Source: Leucoraja ocellata
Taxonomy: Eukaryota
Direction of reading: 5' to 3'
Length of the DNA: 64,000 bases
Assembly (NCBI GenBank): GCA_036785375.1
Contig: JAWMAR010000008.1
Coordinates: 9,424,001-9,488,000 of the forward strand
In this document: in pieces, positions 11,700 through 24,225 of the stretch
How positions within the stretch are numbered: the stretch's first letter is position 1
Layout of the letters: each line of letters starts with the position of its first letter
The notes under the pieces: generated by a model
What the model was told of the DNA's origin: nothing
Seen by the model: the letters and a program-made list of their open reading frames with translations, nothing else
Databases searched by the model: none
Made by a program: the position numbers and the translations under genes

Positions 11700-12240
11700 T
11701 TGTTCTGAAAGATTAAAATCTCAGCTTTAAGTCAATTTGAACATCTATAAAACATTCCACGATACCAGAAACATATAATCTCAGCAAAACCCACCTCACT
11801 GGTGCTTGATAGATGAGGACAAAATAAATAATTTAATCATCCATTAAAGAGAACTCAACTATGAACTGTGTCCATATATAAAGACTTCCTCAATTTAGTG
11901 TGAAAGCAGTATATACTGCTGGTCGAGCCAAGAAGATGGCATGACAATGCATTTCCTTCTGTGACTTCAAAGCATTCTATTACTAGGATGATCCAAGTGT
12001 CAAAAACCAACAGCAGCTAACACTACCAGCTTAACAAATAATCATGGGAAAGTGATAATGTTGATAACAGTGACCAAACAGTGAAGCAAAGGTTATGTGA
12101 ACAGTATTGTGGTCAAATAATTCACAAGGAGCTTCGTATCAATACTCAAACCAGCAAGTAAAGATTTATATCTGAAACAAAAATCATTAGACTCCTGCAG
12201 AATCAATTTCTAAGATGTCAGATTCAAAATATATTGTCTC
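11700..12240 (-). pseudogene. Possible highly decayed hAT-family transposase fossil
   Basis: Minus-strand peptides occur in hAT order and approximate spacing: FESDI (~12225), IFV/RY (~12175), HCHAIFLA (11949-11926, cf. CxxH box), VRW (11799-11791). No continuous frame. Confidence 0.35.
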
Positions 12241-14674
12241 AATTGCTTCATGCCTTGCAGTATAAACGATGACCCTGGATCCAGTGGCTATCTGGTTAAT
12301 TCTGCATTATGTTTCAGCACGGCAATGCATTATTTTGCAAAGTAAGAATGCCTGTTACATTTAAAACTTAGAGCTTCGTAAAACGTTAATAATGTTTCAC
12401 TATTTTAATGCTGCAATTAAATTAAATCAGATTAACTGATGGTAATTTTTTCCTCATTAAAAAATCATCTTTAGCTGGTTTCATGTTTTGATGGCAACAA
12501 ACATTTGGCTCGCTGTGAGAGAAGTTTGCACAATGGCAAAGTGTATTGCAAAATAAACAGTATTACAGTTAATCCCCCTTTAATGCAATATTGTGAAAAG
12601 ATTTGACAGCTGATGGAAGCTATTGCACTGATGCAAATAGTCATTCCAGGTCACTATCTTTATAATCATATATTGATTTAATTTACAATTTAGATTACCA
12701 TGAGGTGCTTGTTACTAGAATGCACCTTGATAATTGTGAACAAACTGACGGGGAATGGCTGAGTAAATCGTTTAGTTATTTATTGGTGTTTGCGGCAATT
12801 TTAACCCTGCAAGTGGATGGATTTGAGAGCAAACAGAGGATTAATCTCTCAAAATCCGCAGTTCATCAGAAAATTGCTGCCAAATTACAAACATTTTCAT
12901 TTAACCCAGACTGTGATCAGGAGATTGTGGCCTGCAATTCCAGTGTGTTCATTCTTCATCAATGATCTATTGATATTGATGAATATTTAGGTGCATGAGT
13001 TTCATGTTTCTTGATTCCCGCCAGTGAAAGCAAGACAAGAACAAGGTGTCTTTGGAATGACGATGATAATGTGGTATAACGTCGTCAGTGGCATATGTGG
13101 AGACTATTTGTATACCTTGGCTATGCAAGGAAAAAATTCCATTGGGCCTTGTCACATGTGACAATAAACTATTCCATTCCATTTAGTGCAACTTTGGCAA
13201 TTCAACTTGGACATTCAACAGTCCTATCCTCGTCATGCGAGTGATGGTTAGTACTTCATCCATCTCCCTCACTGAACCCATCAAAGTGGTTATATTTGGC
13301 TGAAGTATATCGCTCATTACTGATGAGCAGTATACTTCTGGACAATTAACAAGGAATATGTGAATGATTGGCAGGGGCTAATCCTTGCCAAAAGATGTGG
13401 AAGACTGCTTTGGGCATGGTTCCTACGACTGCACCATTTGAAATGATCTCTTACAAGGAGGATTTCTCCTAGATCATTCTTCAAACCTGACACAGCATTC
13501 CTGCTCTCTCTCACTTTTTTTGTCACACAGTTTGACACATTTCACGTCAGCTCACTTCAGCTTAGGAATAGGCATAGACCATTCAACCCCTGGAGCTTTT
13601 CTGCCATTCAGATCATACCGATTCTGTATTCTAACTCAATTACTCGGCCCATTTCTTAATTCCTTTGTACACGCAGTTAGCAAAATGTATCTCAGTTTAA
13701 AACATATATTGAATCGGAGATTTATCATTTTTAATATATAAATACTAAGAAATACAAAATCTCTTTAACTATCATCACAGAATCATTAGCTATTTACGGA
13801 AAGAAGCTCTTTTATATTCCCCTAACGTTCGTTTGTTTAAAAAGACGCTTCTCAACATTTGCCATTTCTAAAACATCCCGGTTCCAACGTTGACCTCGTG
13901 GCCCTGTGTTTTGAAGTCTCCAAGCAGAGAAAATAAAGGTTTTGCTACACATATCCAATGTTATCAAACCATATAGTTATCAAACACCACGATTAGGTAA
14001 CGCAACTCAAGAAAATGCACCCCAAGGCTCAACAGCCGATTAAGAATGGGTGATAGAATTTGCCAAATCTCTTTTTAATAGAAGGGCAATGAGGAACTCT
14101 GATGTCAGAATATATATTTACCATTAGATCGACCATCGCCTGCAGTGGTTATGGATAAATAACAAGGTTTGTAATTTGATCTTCTGCAAAGTTCAGTGAA
14201 AAGCACAAGGTAATGGCAGGTGTTCTACCATTTGCACGCTGAAAACTTAATTCTATAAACTCCATGAGTAATTAACATTTAAACATTTCTGCAGCTCATG
14301 CAACCTCAAACTACGAAATTATTGGAAAAAAACTCCAGCAAGTCTACAAAAAAAACTGAATGAATTGCACATTGAAATCTAGAAATCAAGAAAACAAGCC
14401 TTCAAAATTCCGTGGGAAGGTCTGCCTGTCCATGCCACTGTCGCTGTGGTTTCCATGTACTAGCATTCAGTGGACAACGCATTGTTTCAGCTGTTACTGC
14501 ACAGTATGTACTTATTAGTAATTGAACACTGCACATCTGCAGACTGAGTCCTTCACAAAATGATGTCAGGGTTCCAGTTCTCAAAGAGCATGTGATCATG
14601 AAAACATTCCACTGCTGATTAAGTGACTACAGGGGACATTCAACTGGGCAGGGTGATCCCAAAGTTTTATTTAG

Positions 14675-14800
14675 GAAGGAACTGCAGATACTGCTTTAAA
14701 CAGAAGATACACACAAATAGCTATAGTTACTCAACGGGTCAGACAGCATCTCTGGAGAAAAGGAATAGGTGTCGTTTCGGGTTGAGACCATTCTTCAGAC
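14675..14800 (-). mobile_element. Penelope-like element terminal repeat (pLTR) fragment
   Basis: Minus strand reads GTCTGAAGAATGGTCTCAACCCGAAACGACACCTATTCC...GAGATGCTG...CTGCAGTTCCTTCC; same family as 24226, 37580, 39294 and 62248. Confidence 0.7.
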
Positions 14801-15676
14801 CTGTTGTTGGAGAAGATAAAGGAAAGGATTCTGCACTGGAGCCGGGTTCAGATACCGTTACAGCAGCAGGAAGCGGAGGTTAGTGCTAGGAGTAAATCTC
14901 CAAGATCCTGGATGCTGTGTTGCAAAATGTTTCCATGACCATAGTCAAGGTTGTTGTCCTGAGGGCTTAAACATGAGCAGACAAGTGTCATACGTCACAG
15001 GGCATTGGCCTCCTTCAGACCTCCTCAGGCCTTCATTGGCCTCCTCCATCTGTGATTCTGTCACTTCCATGTTGACACCGAAGCTTCCTTTGCTATTGCC
15101 AGACTTTCATTTGGTCCAGACTCCTGCTGCTCCTGCCGAGGTGGTGCAGTTGGAAGCTGCACCTTTCAAGTCCAAATCTGCTACACCTTTTAGGGCCATC
15201 AGCAACCTCTGCCATTGCAAATGGGCAGCCTTCTCCTGGTGCGGTTGCAGTTACTGGAAGAGGTGCAGAGCAGATTTGGTGGCACGGACAAGCAACCAGT
15301 TGCAAGGTATTCACATTGATAATGTTTGTACAGCTTTTGTTTTAACTGAAGACATAGATATTTGGTTTGTTATATTCATGACATGTGGTCAAAAAGACCA
15401 AATCGGCAACCGAGAAAAACTAGGAGGTGCAAGGGGGAGGTTTTGTTATCCTTTATTGTTGTTTAACCATAGGATGTAGACAAAGTTGACATGTCAGATA
15501 TTTAGCAACTGTTCCTCAATGCGTATGAAAAGGTAATGATTCTTGGGGTATAGATACTTCCATAGGTCCTGTTGTGAGTGAATGTACAGGATCACGACTC
15601 AGTAACAACAATTATGTATTTCACTTAGAAGTCAGGACGGTGTTGGGTTCAGGCATTGCTTTCTGTGTAGAACATT

Positions 15677-15981
15677 ATACAGTCATAGAGTGATACAGTG
15701 TGGAAACAGGCCCTTCGGCTCAACTTGTCCATACCGGCCAACATGTCCCCACCGGCCAACATGCCCCAGCTACACTCGTCCCACCTGCCTGGGTTTGGTC
15801 CATATCCTTCCAAACTTGTCCTGTCTATGTACCTGTCAAATTGTTTCTTTAGCATTGGGATAGTCCCAGCCTCAACCACCTCCTCTGGCAGCTTGTTCCA
15901 TACACCCACCACTCTTTGTGTGAAAAAGTTACCCCTCAGATTCCTATTAAATCTTTCTCCCTTCACCTTGAACCTATGTCC
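15677..15981 (-). mobile_element. CR1/HER1 LINE 3' end
   Basis: Peptide GHRFKVKGERFNRNLRGNFFTQRVVGVWNKLPEEVVEAGT (CR1 ORF2 C-terminus) followed by the 3' UTR. Confidence 0.85.
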
Positions 15982-15984
15982 AAT

Positions 15985-16258
15985 CACCCATTGCACCAGG
16001 AGAGAGCCCATTACATCATCACAACTGTTGGCCCACATACCCACACCAGCAGTGGGCTTTTGTGGTCTCATCAACTTTAAGAGTTGCTCTAAAACCAAAG
16101 TGAAGGAGATGCACTCCTCTGCGCTTTCATAGTGCAGACCCAGCTGAGTACACCACTCTTGAATGTATAGACACCGAGATTGAATAAAGAGTGTTTGCAC
16201 AGTTTTTGTTTTATATGCATTTTTTATTCTGAATAAAGTTTAGTTTTGGAAAAAAAAC
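15985..16258 (+). mobile_element. Possible decayed poly(A)-type LINE 3' end (Tx1/L1-like)
   Basis: T-rich 3' UTR ending ctgAATAAAgtttagttttggAAAAAAA. Confidence 0.3.
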
Positions 16259-17910
16259 ACTATTTTTGCAGGAATGGACTGGAAACTGGTGAGAGGGCTG
16301 ATGTTGGCCACAATTGCCTGGAATGAATCAGAGGCAGGTTAAAGCCCACAGTGACATCAATTTATAGGGCCACATCTGAGCACTGCCCACAAACAGATTT
16401 CAATGTCAAAAGTGGATGGTGCAAAGCATTTTTCTAAAGTGTTTGGATGCTAATTCGTTTAGAATTTTGATTTAAAAAAATCATGGTATATATTGTCACC
16501 ACTTCACACTGTTGGCAAATTGAATATTATATGTGTCGCGTGGGCAGAGTAGAAGAGACTGAGGGGCCATTGGTGATATCATCTCTTACATTATGCTGAT
16601 ATGATTCTATGTAGACATTAGCCTCTTGAATAATTACTGGTCAGTTAGGAACTCTGTAGGAACTCTGCAGGAACTCACATGGGAACTAAACTCACATCTC
16701 TAACTGCAGGGGCCCCAAATTGACTTATGGAAATCCGACTTTACACAAATGATCCCATACATTAAACAACATTTTTCAAGCTAGTAATAATAATAATAAT
16801 TGGTATCCAGATATTCAGTATTGATTAGATTCAGTATATATTCTTTAGTTTAATTATCAGTAGTGTTAGAGTAAATACTCAATGAATTTTTTTTAAAAAA
16901 GCAAATGTTTGTGGAGTGATACGATATGGATTACTAGAGAAAAATGATTTTGGAAAGTTCTCGGGAACCCTTACAAAACCCCGGAACTGCGAGAATTCTT
17001 GGACAAGTCTTTCTACCCATCATACTAGAGACCCAGCAGGGATTTCTTCCACAGGAAACTTTTGGACTGATGTGTCTTGTCTGCTCTGAGAAAACACTAT
17101 GGCATTGGTCATCAAACTTACTCGCTCATATGCAATCCCCAGCAAACCAGCAAGTCACTGAAGATCCCCTTAAATACTGCAGATTGATGAGTTCTTGAGG
17201 ATTGATGATTTGGCAGGGCAAGAATCAAATCAACATAACTGGAAAAATAACAAACAGAAGACACTGTGAACACTCGCCAGGTCAGGTAGCACTTGTGGAA
17301 AGAGAAGCAGATTTGTTGGTTCGGGTTAAAGACCTTTCCTCAGGGGAAAAGCGAGAAGAAATGTGTGCTTTCAGTTGCAGAGAAGATGGAGGAGAGACGG
17401 ATGGGGCAAAGGGAATATCTCTGACCGATTGCCTATGTGTGACTCCAGGGCCACTGTTTTCCAAACAACTTGTAAGTGTCCCCAACAAGCTGCACAGTTC
17501 AAATCATACGTGGAGCTGGTGATGACAACTTCCCATGAATAACAATGTATAAATAATGAACATAAATCACTGCAATTTCTGATATTCTCAGTCAGTGCAA
17601 TGAGGTCATCTGTAGAAAGCTTCCATTCTGGATGGTTTGGAAAAGGGAAATATTTGGAATAAAATAAATATCTACACTATGTCTAAAATAGAAAGATGAA
17701 ACAAAAACCTACCGTTTGAAGTTTGATCTTTGTTTTATGAGGTTGAAGTGAGGGATTACGTAAAGAGCCCACCAGCCCGGATGCGCGTCAATCTTCAGAG
17801 CAACTGTTTGAAACCATAAACCAGTTGCAGGACTTAAACTATAGAAAGATTAACGACCCTAGACTAAGCGGATGATCTTTATGAGAATCAGGGTTGGGAG
17901 TGGAGGGCAC

Positions 17911-17947
17911 GTTTCATCTTTCTATTTTATATCAAAGTCGCGTGAGT
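17911..17947. repeat. DIRS internal complementary region (ICR)
   Basis: 17911-17928 is the exact reverse complement of 17685-17702 (18/18). 17925-17947 is the reverse complement of 21481-21503 (21/23). The two halves share TTTT. Confidence 0.9.
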
Positions 17948-18148
17948 GGCTAAGTGAAGCCTTCAAAGCTCTGTGGTTTCATGCAGTGAGCCAGTCTATA
18001 TGTGGACACACTGCGCCGATTAACCATACATGGTTGAAAGAAAAAACATACTTCATTGAAACATGATGTTAATTTGCATACATGTACATGCTTTAATAGA
18101 AGCAATCCCTTTACCTCAGGGATAAACAATTGTCTTAATCAACATAAC

Positions 18149-19005
18149 TTAATATTCTTTTAGCAAATAAACCAGGCCTGTTAATTGGTTTATTGTAAAA
18201 CTTCTGAAAAGTGCGCTCATCTGCCCATCCTGCTGTCGTAAGAATGTGATCCAGCGGAACCTCCATTTAATTTCCCGCAGATGTAGCTGCATCCCTGGTA
18301 AAGTGAGATTTAAAAATATCAGTATCCACTCCCACATCTGATAACATACATTTTATCCATCTAGAAATGGCTTACACCGTTACTCTTTTGTGTGGCTTTT
18401 TATAACTTATGAAGAAAGCTTATTCGTTACCTCGAAGGTTTTTTGGAACCTCGATGTATTTCTTTACACGAGTAACCACACACAATCTTCAATCTGGTGG
18501 ATACGCCAACAGCTCTAATTTGTATCCCAACGCACCTGACCAGCTCTGCTTTATCAATTCATCTATGGAAAAGACCACTTTTTTTGTCGGATACAACAGC
18601 GTTATCCAGTCAAAGTTTCTGCAAAGACTGAACTCTTTGTGCCGAGACAAAGAGTGATAAGCATTACCAATTTGTGAGTGAGCTGAACCAAAGATAAAGA
18701 TGCGGCTGGTGCCAAATTGCGAAGCAGCCTTAACACTACCTTAATATTCCATACATCATGATATCTGGGTCTTGGAGGGTTCCTGTTAAAACCACCTTTC
18801 ATGAATTTAGATACCAATGGGCGAGTGCCAACAATTTGATGTCCAAATCCGAGCACTTAATATGATGATAAGGCACTACGAGCATTGTTAATAGCACTGT
18901 AACTTAACTCTTTTTCAAAATATAAAGCTGTAAGAAACTCCAAAACATCGGCTATATCCGCCGTAAAGTAATTTAGATGTGCCTCCCCACTAAACTTCTC
19001 CCATT
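18149..19005 (-). pseudogene. DIRS tyrosine recombinase, disrupted
   Basis: Across frames: LSYSAINNARSALS, PLVSKFMKG..N..PPRPRY..WNIKVVL, LTHKLVML, QRVQSL, ISRWIK, SHFTR (HSTR-like), AGW...FQKFYNKPI. Contains stops and frameshifts. Confidence 0.88.
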
Positions 19006-20165
19006 GGAAACCATGGTTGAATAGGCCAATTAGGAGCTACTAAAATGCCTGATGCCTTGAATAATTTTCTGCAAGCATCTCCCAATAAGGCAGAATGGAG
19101 TGAAGACATAGAATAATATCCCCCCCCCCCCCCCCCCCCAAGTCTATAGAAAATGCATCGATTGCTTCTGCCCCTGGGTCTAGTTGCCAGGCTATACATC
19201 TTGGTAATTGATTAAGTCTGGAAGCAAACAAATCAACCTCTGGTGTTCCATAACAAGCTATTATCTTGTTGAATACTGCCTCATTCAGCACCCATTCAGT
19301 TTGTTCATTGAACTTCCGCGACTTAGCATCTGCTACCACATTGTATCTGCCCGGCAAATGAGCAGCTGATACAAAAATACTTCCATCGAGACACCAAGAC
19401 CAAATAGTTTTTGCCAGAGCATCACATGATAGTGATCTACAACCACCCATATGATTTACATATGCCACTGCTGTCGAGTTATCCAATTGTAGCCTTATAT
19501 GCACACCATGTTCCTTCCCACAATATGCTTTTAAGGCATGAAATGCTGCTAACATATCCAAATAATTTATGCCATATTTTTGCCCAAGAAGTAACTCTTC
19601 CTTGTTCCACCTACCACCACAACTAGAGATGGTGTTAGTTGCACCCCATCCTAGTCCACTAGCATCACTTTGCAGTGTTGCTGTGGGTTTATTATGTAGA
19701 AAGCTGCCCGAACAACCATGTATATTTGCAATCCCCCCCATTGTAGTTCAGCTTTTGACTGTCAACAACTTCATAGGTCTGTCAAAATGACCTTTTTCTT
19801 TTCCCTTGAGAAAATGTTAGAGATATATTCTTCTTTCTCATGGACCGACTGCTCAATCACTCATTTTTTATGCAATGCCTCTATCTCTGCTTGAATATCC
19901 AAAGTTTCCTTTTTGGATCGAATATACGCAGGCCTCAGCATGTCTTGTCGAGGAGGAAACTTGTCAGCCAAGAACTCAATTTTGTAACCCGTTATGCTAT
20001 GTAGTACAAACGGATCAGAAGTTATCCGTTGCCATTCATTTAAAAATAACCTTAATCAGTCACCGACACGAAATTCCTCCGCACACCCTATGTGACTGAT
20101 GGTTGCACATCCACCTACCTCAATGGTCGTAGGTGGTTTATCACTAGAGCCAGCAGACCCTAGAT
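18990..20165 (-). pseudogene. DIRS pol remnant: RT N-terminus, RNase H and methyltransferase-like domain; RT core missing
   Basis: RNase H motifs LQSDASGLGWGA, INYLDMLA, DNSTAVAYVNHMGGCRS, HLPGRYNVVADAKSR. MTase-like VDLFASRLN and PNWPIQPWFP. No YLDD motif. Confidence 0.88.
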
Positions 20166-21398
20166 TTTGTTCGGCCTTCTTCCTTTAGCTCTGACATCTT
20201 GACCTGTTGGGGACTGAGGCTGAACGTACGGTGTGCGCATCTTCCAAGGTGGACGAGATGGACCTAGGCCTAAAAAAGACCTCTGGCTGGGTCTAAATTG
20301 AGTAGGCCTGGTACTCCAACCAGCCTCAGAGAAATGATTCCTGCTGCTTGTCATATAGGGGTGATATTGCCGGAGTACTGGAGCCTTACCCTTATAGGGT
20401 GTTTTAAGCATATTCACAACAGCCTGGATGACTTGCTTGCAGAAATCTTTTCCGAAGAGATATGTTGCAGACTGCACATTACTGGGCCTGCATAAGTGTG
20501 CAAATTTAGGATTTATTTCAGGCCAAATGGCATCTTTACGAAAGCAATTTATCTCAAAATAAGCATTACATGACAGTGCCAACGTATCCTGCTGTACTTC
20601 CGAAAGCTGAGCCCCATCTACTGACCTAGCAAAGGCCGTGATACCTGCAGATAGTAGTCTCAGGATTCGTTGTAACTTTAGATCGTTTGACTTTACTCTG
20701 TCCTTGAGAGTATTCCAAATGATAGTATTGACTTTCGGGACATCCAAAGACTTGCAGTTTTCTGGGGTGGGATATTTTCCAACCATATCCAGCATAATCT
20801 CCTTATTCAACTGATGAGATAGTAAGAAGTCGATGCGCCTGGCCAGCCCTTCCTCTAGTGGCCGACTTGTCCCCGAGGGGATGGCTTCCTTATGATGAGC
20901 CTGCCGCATATCATCGATTAAATCATGAGATCCCCATTTCTTAGTGATATCCCCATAATCGGAGTCACCACTGTAAGACTCTCCGATACTCCCCTCATCA
21001 GAGTGGGAGACGTACTGCAACCCTGAGCTAAGTGCTGCTACAGGCATTTGGCTGGAGCCGCCTGTTAATGCCTCCTGAGCACGGAGCATATGTCGTTCCA
21101 TCAATTTTTCAACTTGCCACTCTAGTTTGGACAGCCGGTCTTTCGTAGATGTTGGGGCAGTGTCTTCCTGTCCATACTCGTTCCATTGGACATTTCTTTC
21201 TGATTTAGCTTTGGCCTTGCCCCGACTCGGGGTTGCCGAACTGCTCCCTCTTGGAGCTGAATGGGAGGTTGCTGTGTAGACCGCGGCTGCCAGCATCTCC
21301 GAAGTCGAAACGGGTGGCCGTCGGCTTTTTCCACTTCCGCGGTCCGCTGCCGCTGCTTTCTCAGCAGCCCGTTTCCCCTTTGCCCTAGGTTTATCCAT
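20160..21398 (-). CDS. DIRS ORF1 (gag-like), 412 aa, uninterrupted
   Basis: Long open ORF 5' of pol with DIRS ORF1-like segments (KYPTPENCKSLDVPKVNTIIW, DLKLQRIL, YLFGKDF). Confidence 0.8.
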   Translation of the reverse strand: MDKPRAKGKRAAEKAAAADRGSGKSRRPPVSTSEMLAAAVYTATSHSAPRGSSSATPSRGKAKAKSERNVQWNEYGQEDTAPTSTKDRLSKLEWQVEKLMERHMLRAQEALTGGSSQMPVAALSSGLQYVSHSDEGSIGESYSGDSDYGDITKKWGSHDLIDDMRQAHHKEAIPSGTSRPLEEGLARRIDFLLSHQLNKEIMLDMVGKYPTPENCKSLDVPKVNTIIWNTLKDRVKSNDLKLQRILRLLSAGITAFARSVDGAQLSEVQQDTLALSCNAYFEINCFRKDAIWPEINPKFAHLCRPSNVQSATYLFGKDFCKQVIQAVVNMLKTPYKGKAPVLRQYHPYMTSSRNHFSEAGWSTRPTQFRPSQRSFLGLGPSRPPWKMRTPYVQPQSPTGQDVRAKGRRPNKI

Positions 21399-21635
21399 CG
21401 CGCCAAACCTCGGCCAACGTCGGAATTAGTTGTACAATTGTACTCACCTGTTCGACTTTTAAACCTTACCACTTGGGGAAACTCACGTGACTTCGATATA
21501 AAACAGGAAATCAGTTGTTAAATTTTCCTTCAAATATAACCGGGGTTTTAGTTTCAAGTACTTATTTGCCACACTGATAATCTTTTTTTTTTTTTAAATT
21601 TTACAATTCAGTACTGGGTTTCCAATGCCATAATG

Positions 21636-21990
21636 GAAGGTGTAAATAGCGTATAAAATCACGAGAGGAATAGATTACAGTCACTTGCCCGGAGTGGGTG
21701 AAGCGAGGACCAGAGGACGTAAGTTTCAAGTGAAGGGGAAACGATTTAATAGGAATCTGAAGGGTAACTTTTTCACTCAAAGTGTGGTGGATGTATGAAA
21801 GCAGCTGCCAGAGGGGGTAGTTGAGGCAGGGATTATCCTAACATTTAAGAATCAGTTAGACAGGTACATAGATAGGACAGATTTGGAGGGATATAGACCA
21901 GGTGGGACTAGCGTAGCTGGGACATGTTGGCCGATGTGGGCAAGTTGGGCCGAAGGGCCTGTCTCCACACTGTATTACTCTGTGATTCTA
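21636..21990 (+). mobile_element. CR1/HER1 LINE 3' end
   Basis: Closely homologous to 15677-15981 in the opposite orientation (gtgaaggggaaacgatttaataggaatctga...gggccgaagggcctgtctccacactgtat). Confidence 0.85.
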
Positions 21991-23681
21991 ATAACTCCAA
22001 TTTATTTTAATGCCATGCCTTTAACAGAAAAATGTCACAAGTTAACTCATCACAATCAAACATGGTTGAACATTATCATACATATGATGTACAGAGGTAT
22101 GACAGAAAGCTTAGTTGTAGCCACTGTTTTTTTATACACCCTTGAAAACGATAATATGCTTTACACATTCTTGTATTTGTGGTATTGTACGCATTATAAC
22201 GGAGAGTACTATTTTTGAAGATTTTCTTTCCTCGGTGAAGAGTGTCAGTTCAGGCTCCTGCATTTACCCATATAACAAATGAGCAAATAAAAATAAAATA
22301 AAAGATGAAAGATTGGACGCTTTCCAACTTCCATTCTGTGCAGATGTCCTTGACTCCAAAAAAAAAAAAAATTGACAGCCTCAAAGCTAAAATGATTTCA
22401 AACACACGACTAGTTAAAATAAAATTCTGGAAGCAAAGGGGATTGTTGAAAGACTTTTCATTGTACAGATTCACATATCTGTAGGGATTTTTTTTTGACT
22501 GAGTAGGCAATGATAGCACTGCATGGTAGCAGATGGTGTGTTATGCTGGTGCATCAGAAAAGACTGAACACCTAACAGCATATGATGCCTTTTATGATAA
22601 ACCTCCTTAATCTGTTTCTGTTGACTAACAAGAGACTGCAGTGAGAATGCATCTTGTTCCTGTAAAAGCAACATTCATTTACATATTGAGAAATGTCACT
22701 TTTCACTGGGGAGAAAAAGGCGTCAAGTTCCGATCCAAATTAAAAGTTTAATTCAAAAGTAAGCAAGGAAAGCTGTACAAAAATAAATGGACTTTTTAGA
22801 CTTTTTATGGTATTTATCAATAGTCTATTATTGAATCAGGTTAACACACACTGATTTGATTGTCACATTGTGCCATAGAGTACAAACAAGGTAGAAACAC
22901 ATACATAACTGCCCAAAAAACTGCTGTTACGTCCAGATTTTAAGTGTTCCAGCAGCAAAAGGGGATCAAAGCAAGAAGATACCGTTTGTACACTGCAGGA
23001 AAGTTTGCCAGAACAATATCTTCAAAATAAACTTCAGACCTTTTTGGAGACAGATATACAGGAGATAAACTGAAGCATGCAGCACAGTTCCATGTGGATC
23101 GATAAGACTGAGAAATTGAACTTGAGATAACGTCTGCCAGGAAGCACAAGAGATTTGAGCACATAACATCCAGAGCTGCAAGGTGAAGCAGCTTATTTGA
23201 TACTAGTATTGCCACTTCAACCTACACACATAAATCAGAGGGTTATAACATGGCTGCACATATCAATGTGATGCAAAGGGATTGCCAAATAATAACTAGT
23301 TAATTGCCCAGTTATTTATTCTGCTTGGTGGTGCAGTTACATATGTCCTTGGATCCTTCCACACTTGGCTCATGTTTGAGTACTCTGCGGGGCGTTTTCT
23401 GACTGGGGTTGAAGCAGTTTCTCACTCATTCAAAATCTTCTGTTGCCGTCAGGCATGGGTGGAATGCGAAACATAGAGGTGAAGAGCCTTTGTAGAGCAG
23501 GACGTGTGTTTAGAATGTAAATGGTAGCAGGTGAGCCAGTGATGGAAGTTGGTAGCTGGAAGCCCTATATAGCAAGAGAAGTTGCAGAACAAATTAATTT
23601 ATCTTGAACTCATTCAACGCCAATGGATGAAACATCTGTGTTTCATGAAGAAGCAGGTTATGGCATCAGGCACAATTATAA

Positions 23682-23954
23682 CTTTAGACCTCAGACCAGA
23701 GATACAGCTCAGAAAGAGACCCATTGGCCCACCAAGTCTGCACCGACCAGCGATTACAATTTTACCAAAGCCATTTACCCTACAAACCTGTACGTCTTTG
23801 GAGTTTGGGAGGAAACCGGAGCACCCGGAGAAAACCCACATGGTCATAGGGAGAATGTACAAACTCCGTGCAGTCCGCACCAGTAGTCAGGATCAAATTC
23901 GGGTCTCGGGCCTTGTAAGGCAGCAACTCTACCACTGCACCACTGTGCTGCCCC
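23682..23954 (-). mobile_element. HE1-like SINE
   Basis: Minus head GGGCAGCACAGTGGTGCAGTGGTAGAGTTGCTGCCTTACA...; central tttggagtttgggaggaaaccggagcacccggagaaaacccac. Confidence 0.85.
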
Positions 23955-24225
23955 GAGACCAAAGTCTCAACAGCACTAGATATGCCATCCAACACCTAGG
24001 TTTTATGTGATAGCATTCTTCCCATCCACCACTAGAGACAAATGCAACACCTTGCTCTTTGCAGTTCTGCTGCTGTGTAATAGTCTTCTCTGCTAAGACA
24101 AGCACAGTAAATGGATCAGCTATTTCCAGATCCAAGCAGCTGAAGCTAGTATGGAGTTGTCCACTGTCACAGGATACCATGAGACTCACTGATGAGCATT
24201 TTTGTGAATCGAGGAACCCCATTAC

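Larger units (their letters stand above)
17685..21503 (-). mobile_element. DIRS1-group tyrosine-recombinase retrotransposon, internally deleted and non-autonomous
   Basis: Order gag, (deleted RT)/RNase H/MTase-like, then YR. Both termini (17685-17702 and 21481-21503) are complementary to an internal complementary region at 17911-17947. Confidence 0.92.

Noticed and set aside
14883-15479. 198-aa plus-strand ORF
   Set aside because: GTG start, no recognisable domain or splice context; probably chance or decayed repeat sequence.
16645-16698. Short (AGGAACTCTGT)-like x3 repeat; also a 32-bp duplication at ~45431-45497
   Set aside because: Ordinary slippage duplications.
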